Below, piece after piece: positions 20,311 through 28,771 of a DNA stretch of 64,000 nt. Source of the stretch: an uncultured Candidatus Rokubacteria bacterium. GTDB lineage: Bacteria > Methylomirabilota > Methylomirabilia > Rokubacteriales > CSP1-6. Under the pieces are notes generated by a model. It was not told where the DNA came from, made no database searches, and saw only the letters and a program-made list of their open reading frames with translations. The translations under genes and the position numbers were made by a program. The stretch covers positions 672,001 to 736,000 of the forward strand of contig CAVXJS010000011.1 in NCBI GenBank assembly GCA_963762145.1. Reading direction: 5' to 3'. Position 1 is the stretch's first letter. Each line of letters starts with the position of its first letter.

Positions 20311-21123
20311 TTACTTCGAGACCTGCACCGTGCCCTTCATGTTGGGGTGCAGCGCGCAGCTGTAGTTGAAGACGCCCTCGTCCTTGAAGGTCAGGGACGC
20401 GTTCTGGCCCTTCAGCAGGAATCCCGTCTTGAGCGGCGTGCCCGCCACCGTGACCTGGTGCGGCGACTCATCCGTGTTGGTCCAGGTGACGGTCTTGCCC
20501 GGGGCGACCGTGATGCCGGGAGGGCCGAAGGTGAAGGCGCCGATGTTCACGCCGATGGACCCCGCGGGCGCCGGCGCCGCGCTGGCCACCATGGTCCGGC
20601 CCGCCAGCGCCGGGTACGAGATCACGTAGTCGATCTGATCGTGGGGCTTGTGGCACTGGAAGCACGCCTTGTAGTTGGCCTTGTCGTTGAACTTGCCGTC
20701 CGCCCCGAAGGCCGAGTACTCCCACTCCCCGTTGCGGATGTCGTCCCCGTACTCCGTGCCCCAGCCGGTGCGCTTCTCCATGACGGTGTAGGCGATCAGG
20801 TCGCCCTTCAGGAAGCGGCCCTTGGCGTCCTTGAGCGGGTTGCCCTGAGCGTCCACCTGGGCCTTGTACTGGACCAGGGTGAGGACGGTGCCGCTCGGGA
20901 GCGGCTTGCCTTCCTTGGCCGCCTGGACGGCGGCGGCCGGGCTGGCGTAGAGCTCGCGGTACTGTTTGACGTCATACCGGTCCGCAATGGTGTAGAGCAC
21001 CCCGTCCTTGTAGTTGGCCGGGAACACGATCTTTTCCGGTCCCGCGCTGCTCCGCGAGGCCACCGCGGCCAGCGCGGCCAGGACCAGGGTCACCACGACG
21101 AGCCCGAGAACCCGTTTGCTCAT
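20311..21123 (-). CDS. Cytochrome P460/c'-beta-fold domain fused to C-terminal cupredoxin (amicyanin/plastocyanin-like)
   Basis: Signal peptide; FPANYK, LPSGTVL, VMEK, NGEWEYS, CFQCH heme motif; then FGP..ITV.PG.TVTWTN.D..PH and YSCALHPNMKG. Confidence 0.85.
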   Translation of the reverse strand: MSKRVLGLVVVTLVLAALAAVASRSSAGPEKIVFPANYKDGVLYTIADRYDVKQYRELYASPAAAVQAAKEGKPLPSGTVLTLVQYKAQVDAQGNPLKDAKGRFLKGDLIAYTVMEKRTGWGTEYGDDIRNGEWEYSAFGADGKFNDKANYKACFQCHKPHDQIDYVISYPALAGRTMVASAAPAPAGSIGVNIGAFTFGPPGITVAPGKTVTWTNTDESPHQVTVAGTPLKTGFLLKGQNASLTFKDEGVFNYSCALHPNMKGTVQVSK

Positions 21124-21206
21124 ATCCCCTCCGTGTGCGGGCGTGATTGGACGTTCTGAGGACTCTACGGGCGAGGCGGCCGCCCGGACGTCACAACCGT
21201 GTGAAT

Positions 21207-21620
21207 TCATCGCCGGCCGTGAGCGCTCTCCGACTGGGTGGGGAGCAGGGAGACGTGGCTGTGGACGGCCAGCCACCGGCCGTCCCGCCGGGCGAGGTTG
21301 AACGTGGCGCGGCCGTGCCGCGTGAAGGGCTTCCCGTCGGGGCCGGTGGCCTCAGACGCCCAGGTCGCGGCGACCCAGGCCGAGTCGCCGGCACCCCCGG
21401 CGTCCGGATGCGCGTCGAAGCGAAAGCCCCGGATGCGCGGCCAGATCTGGCGCCACTGCTCGCGCTCGATGTTGTCGAGCCCGTGAACCGCGGTCGCGTA
21501 GGTGCCGAAGGCCACCGCGTCCGGGGCGAAGAGGCGGCGCCCCGCCGCGAAGTCCTGTCCGCGGCACGCGGCCTCGAACGTGGCCAGCCACTCGAGCGCT
21601 TCCGATCGGGCGTCGGACAT
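21207..21620 (-). CDS. SnoaL-like/NTF2 family protein
   Basis: LFAPDAVAFGT, GRATF, WLAVHSHVS. Confidence 0.85.
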   Translation of the reverse strand: MSDARSEALEWLATFEAACRGQDFAAGRRLFAPDAVAFGTYATAVHGLDNIEREQWRQIWPRIRGFRFDAHPDAGGAGDSAWVAATWASEATGPDGKPFTRHGRATFNLARRDGRWLAVHSHVSLLPTQSESAHGRR

Positions 21621-21626
21621 GCGCGG

Positions 21627-21654
21627 ATTATGGGGCGATCCGGGGCCTTGTCAA
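21627..21654 (-). promoter_or_regulatory. Sigma70-type promoter for the NTF2 gene, probably leaderless
   Basis: Minus strand TTGACA-16nt-CATAAT, ATG 6 nt after the -10. Confidence 0.6.
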
Positions 21655-21685
21655 GCACGGGCCGAGTCGTTATCCTTCGGCTCCA

Positions 21686-22102
21686 ATGACGGTCCCGGGG
21701 TTCGTCACGCTCTCGCTCGCCACCGCGGCGCTGCTCGTGGGTCTCGGGGGCGATCTGGCCGGGGAGGATCGCGCGCCCGTGTCCGACGATTCCTCGACGA
21801 AGGTCGCGCGGGCGCTCCTCGGCCCGACCCACGACGAGCCGGGGGATACGCCGGGCGGCTCCATGCACCAGCAGGACGGCCCGGGCCCGACCCGGCTCGT
21901 CGCGGTGAGGTCGCTCGGGGTCGGGGCGACCCACAACGGGTCCGTGAGTCAGCCGGAGTCGTCGCCGACCCGCGGACCTCCCGGCGAGGTGTCGTCCGTC
22001 TCGTCGTCCCCGCTCCATCCCGCTTCGGCAACACCTCGCTCGACCCGCCCCACCGCGTTCGCTACGGCTGTGGTCCGCCCACGTGCAGTGCACGCTTCAT
22101 AA
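21686..22102 (+). CDS. Hypothetical low-complexity protein with signal-like N-terminus
   Basis: Hydrophobic N-terminus; TATCCT just upstream; otherwise unrecognised. Confidence 0.35.
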   Translation: MTVPGFVTLSLATAALLVGLGGDLAGEDRAPVSDDSSTKVARALLGPTHDEPGDTPGGSMHQQDGPGPTRLVAVRSLGVGATHNGSVSQPESSPTRGPPGEVSSVSSSPLHPASATPRSTRPTAFATAVVRPRAVHAS

Positions 22103-22124
22103 CCCGAACACAGGAGACAGCATC

Positions 22125-22382
22125 ATGAGACTGCTCTCGATTGCGATCGCAACCGCCCTGGTGGGAATCTGCGGTGCCCCGGCCCTGGCCGGTGAGTGCC
22201 CGATGCTGCAGGCGCAGATGGAGCGTCAGACCAGCAACCGGCTCGACAGTGCGGCCTACAACGCCCGGGAGACCATGAAGCAGGCCAACACGCTCCACTC
22301 GCAGGGCAAGCACGCCGAGTCGGTGGCCAAGTACGACGAGGCGGCCAAGTCCCTCGGGGTGAAGCTTCAGAAAAAGCAGTAG
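22125..22382 (+). CDS. Small secreted helical hypothetical protein
   Basis: AGGAG RBS, signal peptide ..PALA, then ECP..HSQGKHAES. Confidence 0.75.
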   Translation: MRLLSIAIATALVGICGAPALAGECPMLQAQMERQTSNRLDSAAYNARETMKQANTLHSQGKHAESVAKYDEAAKSLGVKLQKKQ

Positions 22383-22412
22383 GAGGACTGGACTCGCGGC
22401 GGCGCGGGGTGA

Positions 22413-22568
22413 GTCGACCGGCACGTCCGCGCCGCCGCGAGCGGAAGGGATGAAGATAGGCCGAGCCTCGAGCCAGGGACGAGCCCGAGCCGGTCATCCT
22501 CCCGATCGAGGATTCGCTCGATCTCGACGCCTTTGCCCCCCGGAGGCATCCGCTCGACGGTGGACGAC
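22413..22568 (+). pseudogene. Decayed duplicate of the 5' end and upstream region of the smr gene
   Basis: Encodes DEPEPVILPIEDSLDLDAFAPR/IRSTVDD versus MDEPDPVILPIEDSLDLHTFAPRDVRSVVEE at 26772; ATG replaced by AGG, frameshift. Confidence 0.85.
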
Positions 22569-22804
22569 GGCACCTCGATGCGCCCCTTTCTAGGCCGAAG
22601 GTCTTATAGACCGCACGGGCTTCGCCCGACATGATCCGGTAGGCCGGGCCATTCCCGCCCGCTGGAGGCAGCAATGCGCGAGACGGCACGGAGCGCGGTA
22701 CCGAGACTGGGTTCTACCCGCCTCGTGCCACAGGGGTACCCCGACATCTGCCTCGAACGCGACACTCATCGCGGCTGATCGGCGTCGCACGGAGGCGGGA
22801 AAAC

Positions 22805-24508
22805 GTGGTGCTATCGAGCTTCGTCCCCAGCATTGCCTGGCTGCGGCACTACCCGCGCGAATGGCTGCGCCCGGATCTGATTGCCGGCCTCACGGCCGCC
22901 GCTGTGGTCATCCCCAAGGCGATGGCCTACGCCACGATCGCGGGCCTGCCGCTGCAGGTCGGTCTCTACACGGCGATCGTGCCGATGGTCGTGTACGCGC
23001 TGGTCGGCACGTCGCGCCCGCTCAGCGTCAGCACGACCACGACGATCGCGATCCTTTGCGGCGCCGAGCTCGCCCGGGCCGCACCCGGCGGCGACCCCGG
23101 GGCCCTGATCGCCGCCGGCGCGACGCTCGCGGTCCTTACCGGCGCCATGCTGGTGGCCGCGTCCGCGCTGCGACTCGGCTTCGTCGCCAACTTCATCTCC
23201 GAGCCGGTGCTCACGGGCTTCAAGTCCGGTATCGGGCTGGTGATCGTGATCGACCAGGTCCCCAAGCTGCTCGGCGTGCACATCGAGAAGGCCGGCTTCT
23301 TCCGCGACCTGCTCGCGATCGTGCGCGAGCTGCCCCACGCCTCCGTCGCCACGGTCGCGATCGCCGTCTGTCTGCTCGTGCTAATCTTCGGCCTCGAGCA
23401 TTTTGTCCCGCGCGCGCCGGCCCCGCTCCTCGCGATCGCCGCGGCCATTGTCGCGTCGAGCCTGCTGGGCTTGAGCGCCGCCGGCGTGGCGACGGTCGGC
23501 AGCCTGCCCGGCGGCCTGCCGGCACCCGTCTGGCCCCGCTTCGATCTCGTCACCGAGATGTGGCCGGCGGCGGCCGGCATCGCGCTGATGAGCTTCACCG
23601 AGACGATCGCGGCGGCGCGCGCATTCGGCGCGCCCGGAGAGCCGCCGCCCGTGCCCAACCAGGAGCTGCTTGCGGTTGGCCTGGGAAACGTCGCGGGCGG
23701 CTTCCTGGGGGCCATGCCCGCGGGCGGTGGCACAACGCAGACGGCGGTCAACCGCAAGGCGGGAGCCCGGACCCAGGTAGCCGAGCTCGTCACCGCCGCG
23801 GCGGCCCTGGCGACGCTGCTGCTGTTGGCGCCGGTCATCGCGCTCATGCCGCAGGCGGCGCTGGCGGCGGTCGTGGTGGCGTACTCGTTCGATCTGATCA
23901 AGCCGGCGGAGTTCGCGGCGATCCGCCGCGTGCGGGGTGTCGAGTTCGCCTGGGCGCTCAGCGCGTTTGCCGGCGTCGTCCTCCTCGGAACGCTCAAGGG
24001 CATACTCGTGGCGGTCGTCGTCTCGCTGCTCGCGCTTTCCCAGCAGGCGTACAACCCGGCCGTTTACGTGATGGCCCGCAAGCGCGGCACGCAGGTGTAC
24101 CGCCCGCTCTCGAGCGAGCATCCGGACGACGAGACCTGGGCGGGGCTGCTGATCCTGCGCATGGAGGGCCGCCTGTTTTTCGCCAACGCGCAGGGCGTGG
24201 TCGAGAGGATGCGCTCGCTCATCGACCAGGCGAGGCCGTCGGTCGTGTTGCTCGATTGCGACGCCGTGATCGACATCGAGTACACCGCGGTCAAGATGCT
24301 GATCGAGGCGGAGCGAAAGCTGCACGACGAAGGGATCGCGCTCTGGCTGGCGGCGCTCAATCCGGGGGTGCTCGCGGTCGTGCGGCGCACGACACTGGCC
24401 CAGACGCTGGGCCGGGAACGGATGCTCTTCAACCTGGAGACCGCGGTGGAGCAATTCGAGCTGACCGCAGTCCATCGACCGTCACCACAGAAAGGGGCTG
24501 GCTCATGA
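22805..24508 (+). CDS. SulP/SLC26 anion permease with STAS domain
   Basis: DLIAGLT..VIPKAMAYA..AGLP..GLY, NFISEPVLTGF, NQEL..GLGN, GRLFFANA. Confidence 0.92.
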   Translation: MVLSSFVPSIAWLRHYPREWLRPDLIAGLTAAAVVIPKAMAYATIAGLPLQVGLYTAIVPMVVYALVGTSRPLSVSTTTTIAILCGAELARAAPGGDPGALIAAGATLAVLTGAMLVAASALRLGFVANFISEPVLTGFKSGIGLVIVIDQVPKLLGVHIEKAGFFRDLLAIVRELPHASVATVAIAVCLLVLIFGLEHFVPRAPAPLLAIAAAIVASSLLGLSAAGVATVGSLPGGLPAPVWPRFDLVTEMWPAAAGIALMSFTETIAAARAFGAPGEPPPVPNQELLAVGLGNVAGGFLGAMPAGGGTTQTAVNRKAGARTQVAELVTAAAALATLLLLAPVIALMPQAALAAVVVAYSFDLIKPAEFAAIRRVRGVEFAWALSAFAGVVLLGTLKGILVAVVVSLLALSQQAYNPAVYVMARKRGTQVYRPLSSEHPDDETWAGLLILRMEGRLFFANAQGVVERMRSLIDQARPSVVLLDCDAVIDIEYTAVKMLIEAERKLHDEGIALWLAALNPGVLAVVRRTTLAQTLGRERMLFNLETAVEQFELTAVHRPSPQKGAGS

Positions 24509-25332
24509 AAGCGAAGAAGCGCGACAACGGAGAGGCGGACGGGGATGGCGCAGAGCCGAAGAAGCTGAAGCGCAAGGCCTATGACAAGGAGCTTGAGCGG
24601 CTGCACGTCGAGCTCGTCAAGCTCCAGGAATGGGTCAAACACAAGGGGCTGAAGGTCTGCATCTTGTTCGAGGGGCGCGACGGTGCCGGAAAGGGCGGAA
24701 CGATCAAGGCGATCACCGAGCGGGTGAGCCCGCGCGTCTTTCGCGTGGTCGCGCTGCCCGCGCCGACCGAGCGGGAGAAGAGCCAGATGTACGTGCAGCG
24801 ATACCTGCCCCACTTGCCGGCCGCGGGCGAGGTCGTGATCTTCGATCGGAGCTGGTACAACCGCGCGGGCGTCGAGCGGGTCATGGGTTTCTGCTCCGAG
24901 GAGGCGGTGGAGAAATTCCTCGAGGTCGCGCCGGGCTTCGAGAAGCTGATGGTCGAGTCCGGCATCATCCTCGTCAAGTACTGGTTGGAAGTGACGATGG
25001 AGGAGCAGACCCGGCGGCTCGAGTCGCGCATCGACGACGGACGCAAGATCTGGAAGCTCTCCGGGATGGATCTGAAATCCTACGGGCGCTGGTACGACTA
25101 CTCACGGGCGCGCGACGACATGTTCGCGGCGACGGACACGAAGTGGGCGCCGTGGCACGTGGCGCGGACCGATGACAAGCGGCGCGGGCGCCTGAACATC
25201 ATCCGGCACCTCCTCAAGCAGATTCCGTACAAGGACGCGCCGCGCGACAAGGTGAAGCTGCCGAAGCGGCAGAAGCGCCACGGCTACCGCGAGCCCGACT
25301 ATCCGTTCAAGTTCATCCCGGAGAAGTACTGA
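24505..25332 (+). CDS. ppk2: Polyphosphate kinase 2
   Basis: FEGRDGAGKGG Walker A, FDRSWYNRAGVERVMGFC, WKLSGMD. Confidence 0.95.
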   Translation: MKAKKRDNGEADGDGAEPKKLKRKAYDKELERLHVELVKLQEWVKHKGLKVCILFEGRDGAGKGGTIKAITERVSPRVFRVVALPAPTEREKSQMYVQRYLPHLPAAGEVVIFDRSWYNRAGVERVMGFCSEEAVEKFLEVAPGFEKLMVESGIILVKYWLEVTMEEQTRRLESRIDDGRKIWKLSGMDLKSYGRWYDYSRARDDMFAATDTKWAPWHVARTDDKRRGRLNIIRHLLKQIPYKDAPRDKVKLPKRQKRHGYREPDYPFKFIPEKY

Positions 25333-25463
25333 TTTGACCGGGGCGGATATAGGACGACCATTCTCACCAGCCGCGCGGGCCCCGTGATCACCCGAATTGC
25401 CTCGTGCGCGGTCGCGGCCCTGATCGCGAGGGCGCGCCGGGCGAATGTGGCGAGGGCGATGCC

Positions 25464-26669
25464 GTGAGTGACGCGATTCTCGTTCTGAACGCCGGCTCGT
25501 CCAGCATCAAGTTCGTGCTCTTCGCCGAGCGGCAGCGGACACTCGCGCCTGTCGTTCAGGGTCAGATCGAGGGCATCGGGACGGCGCCGCGGTTTGTGGC
25601 GCGAGGGCCGGAGAGCGAGGTGCTCGCGGAGAAGTCTTGGGGCGATGGGGTGAGCCTCGGCCACGACGGCGCCATGTCGCATCTCGCGGAGTTTTTGCGC
25701 CAGCAGGGCGGCGGTCTCGAACTCGCGGCGGTCGGCCACCGGGTGGTCCACGGCGGGATGGAGTATGCGGAGCCTGTCCGGCTCGATCCCGTTGTAGTCG
25801 GCGTGCTCGAGAAATTCATACCGCTTGCCCCGCTCCATCAGCCGCACAACCTGGCGCCGATTCGCCTCCTGATGGAGCAGCGGCCGAGTCTGCCGCAGGT
25901 CGCCTGCTTCGACACCGCATTTCATGCCACGAATCCCGACATCTCGCGGCGCTTCGCCATTCCCGTGGAGCTCCACGACGCTGGGGTGAGACGCTACGGC
26001 TTTCACGGCCTGTCCTACGAGTACGTCGCCTCGGTTCTGCCGGGGCATGACGCTCGTGCCGCGGCGGGCAGGACAGTCGTATGCCATCTCGGTAACGGCT
26101 CGAGCATGTGCGCGCTGGAGGGCGGCCGGAGCGTCGCGAGCACGATGGGTTTCACCGCGGTGGACGGGCTGCCCATGGGCACGCGGTGCGGGGCCATCGA
26201 CCCCGGCGTGCTGCTCTACCTCATGGACCAGCGCGGAATGGACGCGCGCGCGATCGAAAAGCTCATCTATAGCGAGTCGGGCCTGCTCGGGGTGTCCGGC
26301 ACCTCGAGTGATATGCGGAAGCTCCTGGGCTCGGACGATCCCCGGGCGAAGCTCGCCGTGGACCTCTACGTGTATCGGATTCGGCGCGAGCTGGGCTCGC
26401 TCGCGGCCGCGCTGGGTGGACTCGATGCGCTCGTGTTCACGGCCGGGATCGGCGAGAACAGCCCGGCGGTCCGGGGACGGATCTGCCGCGACGCGGAGTG
26501 GCTGGGACTGGAGCTCGACCGCGCGGCGAACGAGAGGGGCGGGCCGCGGATCAGCATGGCGGGCAGCCGGGTGACCGCGTGGGCCATTCCGACCAACGAG
26601 GAGTTGATGATCGCACAGCATACGCAGCGCCTGATCGCGCACCCTGGCGCGCGAGCCGCCGGAGCATAG
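25464..26669 (+). CDS. ackA: Acetate/propionate kinase
   Basis: LNAGSSSIKF, GHRVVHGG, APLHQP, FDTAFH, RRYGFHGLSY, HLGNGSS, FTAGIGEN, PTNEELMIA. Confidence 0.93.
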   Translation: MSDAILVLNAGSSSIKFVLFAERQRTLAPVVQGQIEGIGTAPRFVARGPESEVLAEKSWGDGVSLGHDGAMSHLAEFLRQQGGGLELAAVGHRVVHGGMEYAEPVRLDPVVVGVLEKFIPLAPLHQPHNLAPIRLLMEQRPSLPQVACFDTAFHATNPDISRRFAIPVELHDAGVRRYGFHGLSYEYVASVLPGHDARAAAGRTVVCHLGNGSSMCALEGGRSVASTMGFTAVDGLPMGTRCGAIDPGVLLYLMDQRGMDARAIEKLIYSESGLLGVSGTSSDMRKLLGSDDPRAKLAVDLYVYRIRRELGSLAAALGGLDALVFTAGIGENSPAVRGRICRDAEWLGLELDRAANERGGPRISMAGSRVTAWAIPTNEELMIAQHTQRLIAHPGARAAGA

Positions 26670-26771
26670 CGGCCACCAAGCGCTCGAAAGAGAGGCCTCG
26701 GGGCGCCACGGATGGGCGACGTCGGCCACGTCCGCCGCCGCACCATAGGGCGGATGCGCTAGGCTGGGGTC

Positions 26772-27047
26772 ATGGACGAGCCGGATCCGGTCATTCTCCC
26801 GATCGAGGACTCGCTCGATCTCCACACGTTTGCCCCGCGGGACGTGCGCTCGGTGGTGGAGGAGTACCTGACCCAGGCCGCCGCGCGCGGCTTTCGCGAG
26901 GTCCGGCTGATCCACGGCAAGGGGACCGGCACCCAGCGGGCGATCGTGCGGAGCGTGCTGGGCGGTCACCCCGCGGTCGTGCGCTTCTTCGACGGCCCGC
27001 CCGAGCGGGGCGGGTGGGGAGCGACGGTGGTGGTGCTGGCGGGCTAG
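26772..27047 (+). CDS. Stand-alone Smr/MutS2 domain protein
   Basis: LDLH, IHGKGTG, GGWGATVV. Confidence 0.9.
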   Translation: MDEPDPVILPIEDSLDLHTFAPRDVRSVVEEYLTQAAARGFREVRLIHGKGTGTQRAIVRSVLGGHPAVVRFFDGPPERGGWGATVVVLAG

Positions 27048-27820
27048 TCCCGGTCGGCCCGCAGCAGCAGCAGGCGGTCGCTGAACGAGACGATGCGCCC
27101 GTTCTCGATGCGGAACTCGAAGGCCTCCCGGCAGTGGGCAGGCGCGGCCAGCACGAAGCGCTCCAGGTCGGCGCGAGCCGCCGGCGTCATCCGCGTCCGC
27201 GTCGTCCACTCGTCCCACGGCCGCGCCTTGCTCATCACCGCCTCGTCGAGCACGGTCAGGCCCGCGGCGCGCAGGAAGGCGGTCCACTCGATCTGACGGT
27301 AGGCCCGGACGTGGCTCGGATCGCGGCGGCGCTCGACTTCCAGGATGAAGGCCGCGGCCTCTTCGTCCTCGTGGCCCAGGATGTCCTCGACCAGGAACGA
27401 CCCGCCGGCGCGCAGCACGCGCGCCACCTGACGCAGCGCCGGGAGCAGGGACGCGAAGTGGTGGGCCGCGATGCGACACGTCACGGTGCCGAAGCGCCCG
27501 TCACGGAAGGGCAGGGCCTCCACGTCGCCGCCGACGAACCGCACGCCGGATGCGGCTTCGTGGGCGACGAATCGTCGGGCGGCCTCGAGCATCGGCAGCG
27601 TGACGTCCATCGCGACCACGCTCTCGGTGAAGCGGGAGAAGGCGAGTGCGGTGTGCCCGCCCCCGGTGGCGATATCGAGCACCCGCGCCGCCCCGCGCTT
27701 GCGCCCCCAGGCGAGCAGCCACTCCAGGTCGGGGCCGGCGGCATGGCCGGCGCTCGCCACGTACGCGGCGGCGCTCGGCCCGAACTGGGCCTGCACCCGC
27801 GCCTGCTGCCTTTCGCTCAC
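27044..27820 (-). CDS. Class I SAM-dependent methyltransferase (UbiE/YcgJ-like)
   Basis: VLDIATGGGH, GDVEALPF, CRIAAHHF, RDPSHVR. Confidence 0.9.
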   Translation of the reverse strand: MSERQQARVQAQFGPSAAAYVASAGHAAGPDLEWLLAWGRKRGAARVLDIATGGGHTALAFSRFTESVVAMDVTLPMLEAARRFVAHEAASGVRFVGGDVEALPFRDGRFGTVTCRIAAHHFASLLPALRQVARVLRAGGSFLVEDILGHEDEEAAAFILEVERRRDPSHVRAYRQIEWTAFLRAAGLTVLDEAVMSKARPWDEWTTRTRMTPAARADLERFVLAAPAHCREAFEFRIENGRIVSFSDRLLLLRADRD

Positions 27821-27854
27821 GTCCGTCTGGACCCGGCGGTCACGACGACCCTCC

Positions 27855-28589
27855 TCACAGATCGCGGACCACGCGGCGGGCGCGATCCACGTTCCGGCGG
27901 AAGAGATCGAAGGAGTTCTCCATCGCGGGCTTGCGGCCCTGTCCGCGGTCGAGGGTGAAGCACGAGAAGGTGATGTCGTGGGCCAGGGGGAAGTCGCGGT
28001 AGAGCTGGCCCGCCACCTTCTGCGGGTTCTCCGAGCGGGTGATCTCGAAGTCCTCGAGCGCGCGCAGCGGGGGCATGCGCTCGCCGTGCTTGGTGCGGAC
28101 CCACTTCATGGTGCCGCCCAGCAGGTAGGACAGGAACAGGCAGTCCACCAGCATGGACTCGGTCCACGGGATGGCCTTCTGGTAGCCCGCCACGAAGCGC
28201 GCCCCGGTGGACAGCAGGAAGTTCTTCGCGGTGTCGGGGGTGACGAAATCGCAGGCGCCGAAGATGTAGCCGGTGCCGGTGCTGGGCCGGCAATGGTCCA
28301 CCAGGGTCTCGAGGCGGATCACCTTGTCGCCGATGCCGACCAGCTTGCGGCGCTGCCCGTGCGAGGCGATGTAGCAGACCTGGAAGGAGCGCCGGCGGCG
28401 GCGGACCTCCTCGAGGAGCAGGCCCAGGTCGTAGCTCGAGTAGAAGCGCCGGTAGACGAGATTGACCCGGATGCCTTCCCAGGCCAGCGACTGCTTGATG
28501 GCCTTCAGGTAGGGCAGCACCGAGGGCTCGTCGTCCAGCAGACGCCCCTTCTTGTTCCACATCGACTCCAGCACCACCACACCCGGCAT
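27855..28589 (-). CDS. Hypothetical protein, caspase/CHAT-like (DUF6642-like)
   Basis: YIASHG and IFGAC His/Cys dyad-like motifs, VAGYQKAIPW. Confidence 0.6.
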   Translation of the reverse strand: MPGVVVLESMWNKKGRLLDDEPSVLPYLKAIKQSLAWEGIRVNLVYRRFYSSYDLGLLLEEVRRRRRSFQVCYIASHGQRRKLVGIGDKVIRLETLVDHCRPSTGTGYIFGACDFVTPDTAKNFLLSTGARFVAGYQKAIPWTESMLVDCLFLSYLLGGTMKWVRTKHGERMPPLRALEDFEITRSENPQKVAGQLYRDFPLAHDITFSCFTLDRGQGRKPAMENSFDLFRRNVDRARRVVRDL

Positions 28590-28694
28590 CGGTCGATCCT
28601 CGAGGAGCGGTCAGTCTCCGGCCCTGGTCTCACCCCGGTAGGAGCCCCCCAGGGACCCGGGGGCGCCATGGTATCACTGGTCCCGGTCATATAG

Positions 28695-28722
28695 AATTGG
28701 ATGATCTTGGAATCATCCAATT
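28695..28722. promoter_or_regulatory. Inverted repeat, candidate MocR operator
   Basis: AATTGGATGAT-6nt-ATCATCCAATT perfect 11-bp inverted repeat in an AT-rich intergenic region. Confidence 0.6.
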
Positions 28723-28771
28723 GGCGCTTTACACGTGTACAAACAGCGAGGTATTGGTTTACATCGAGGCC

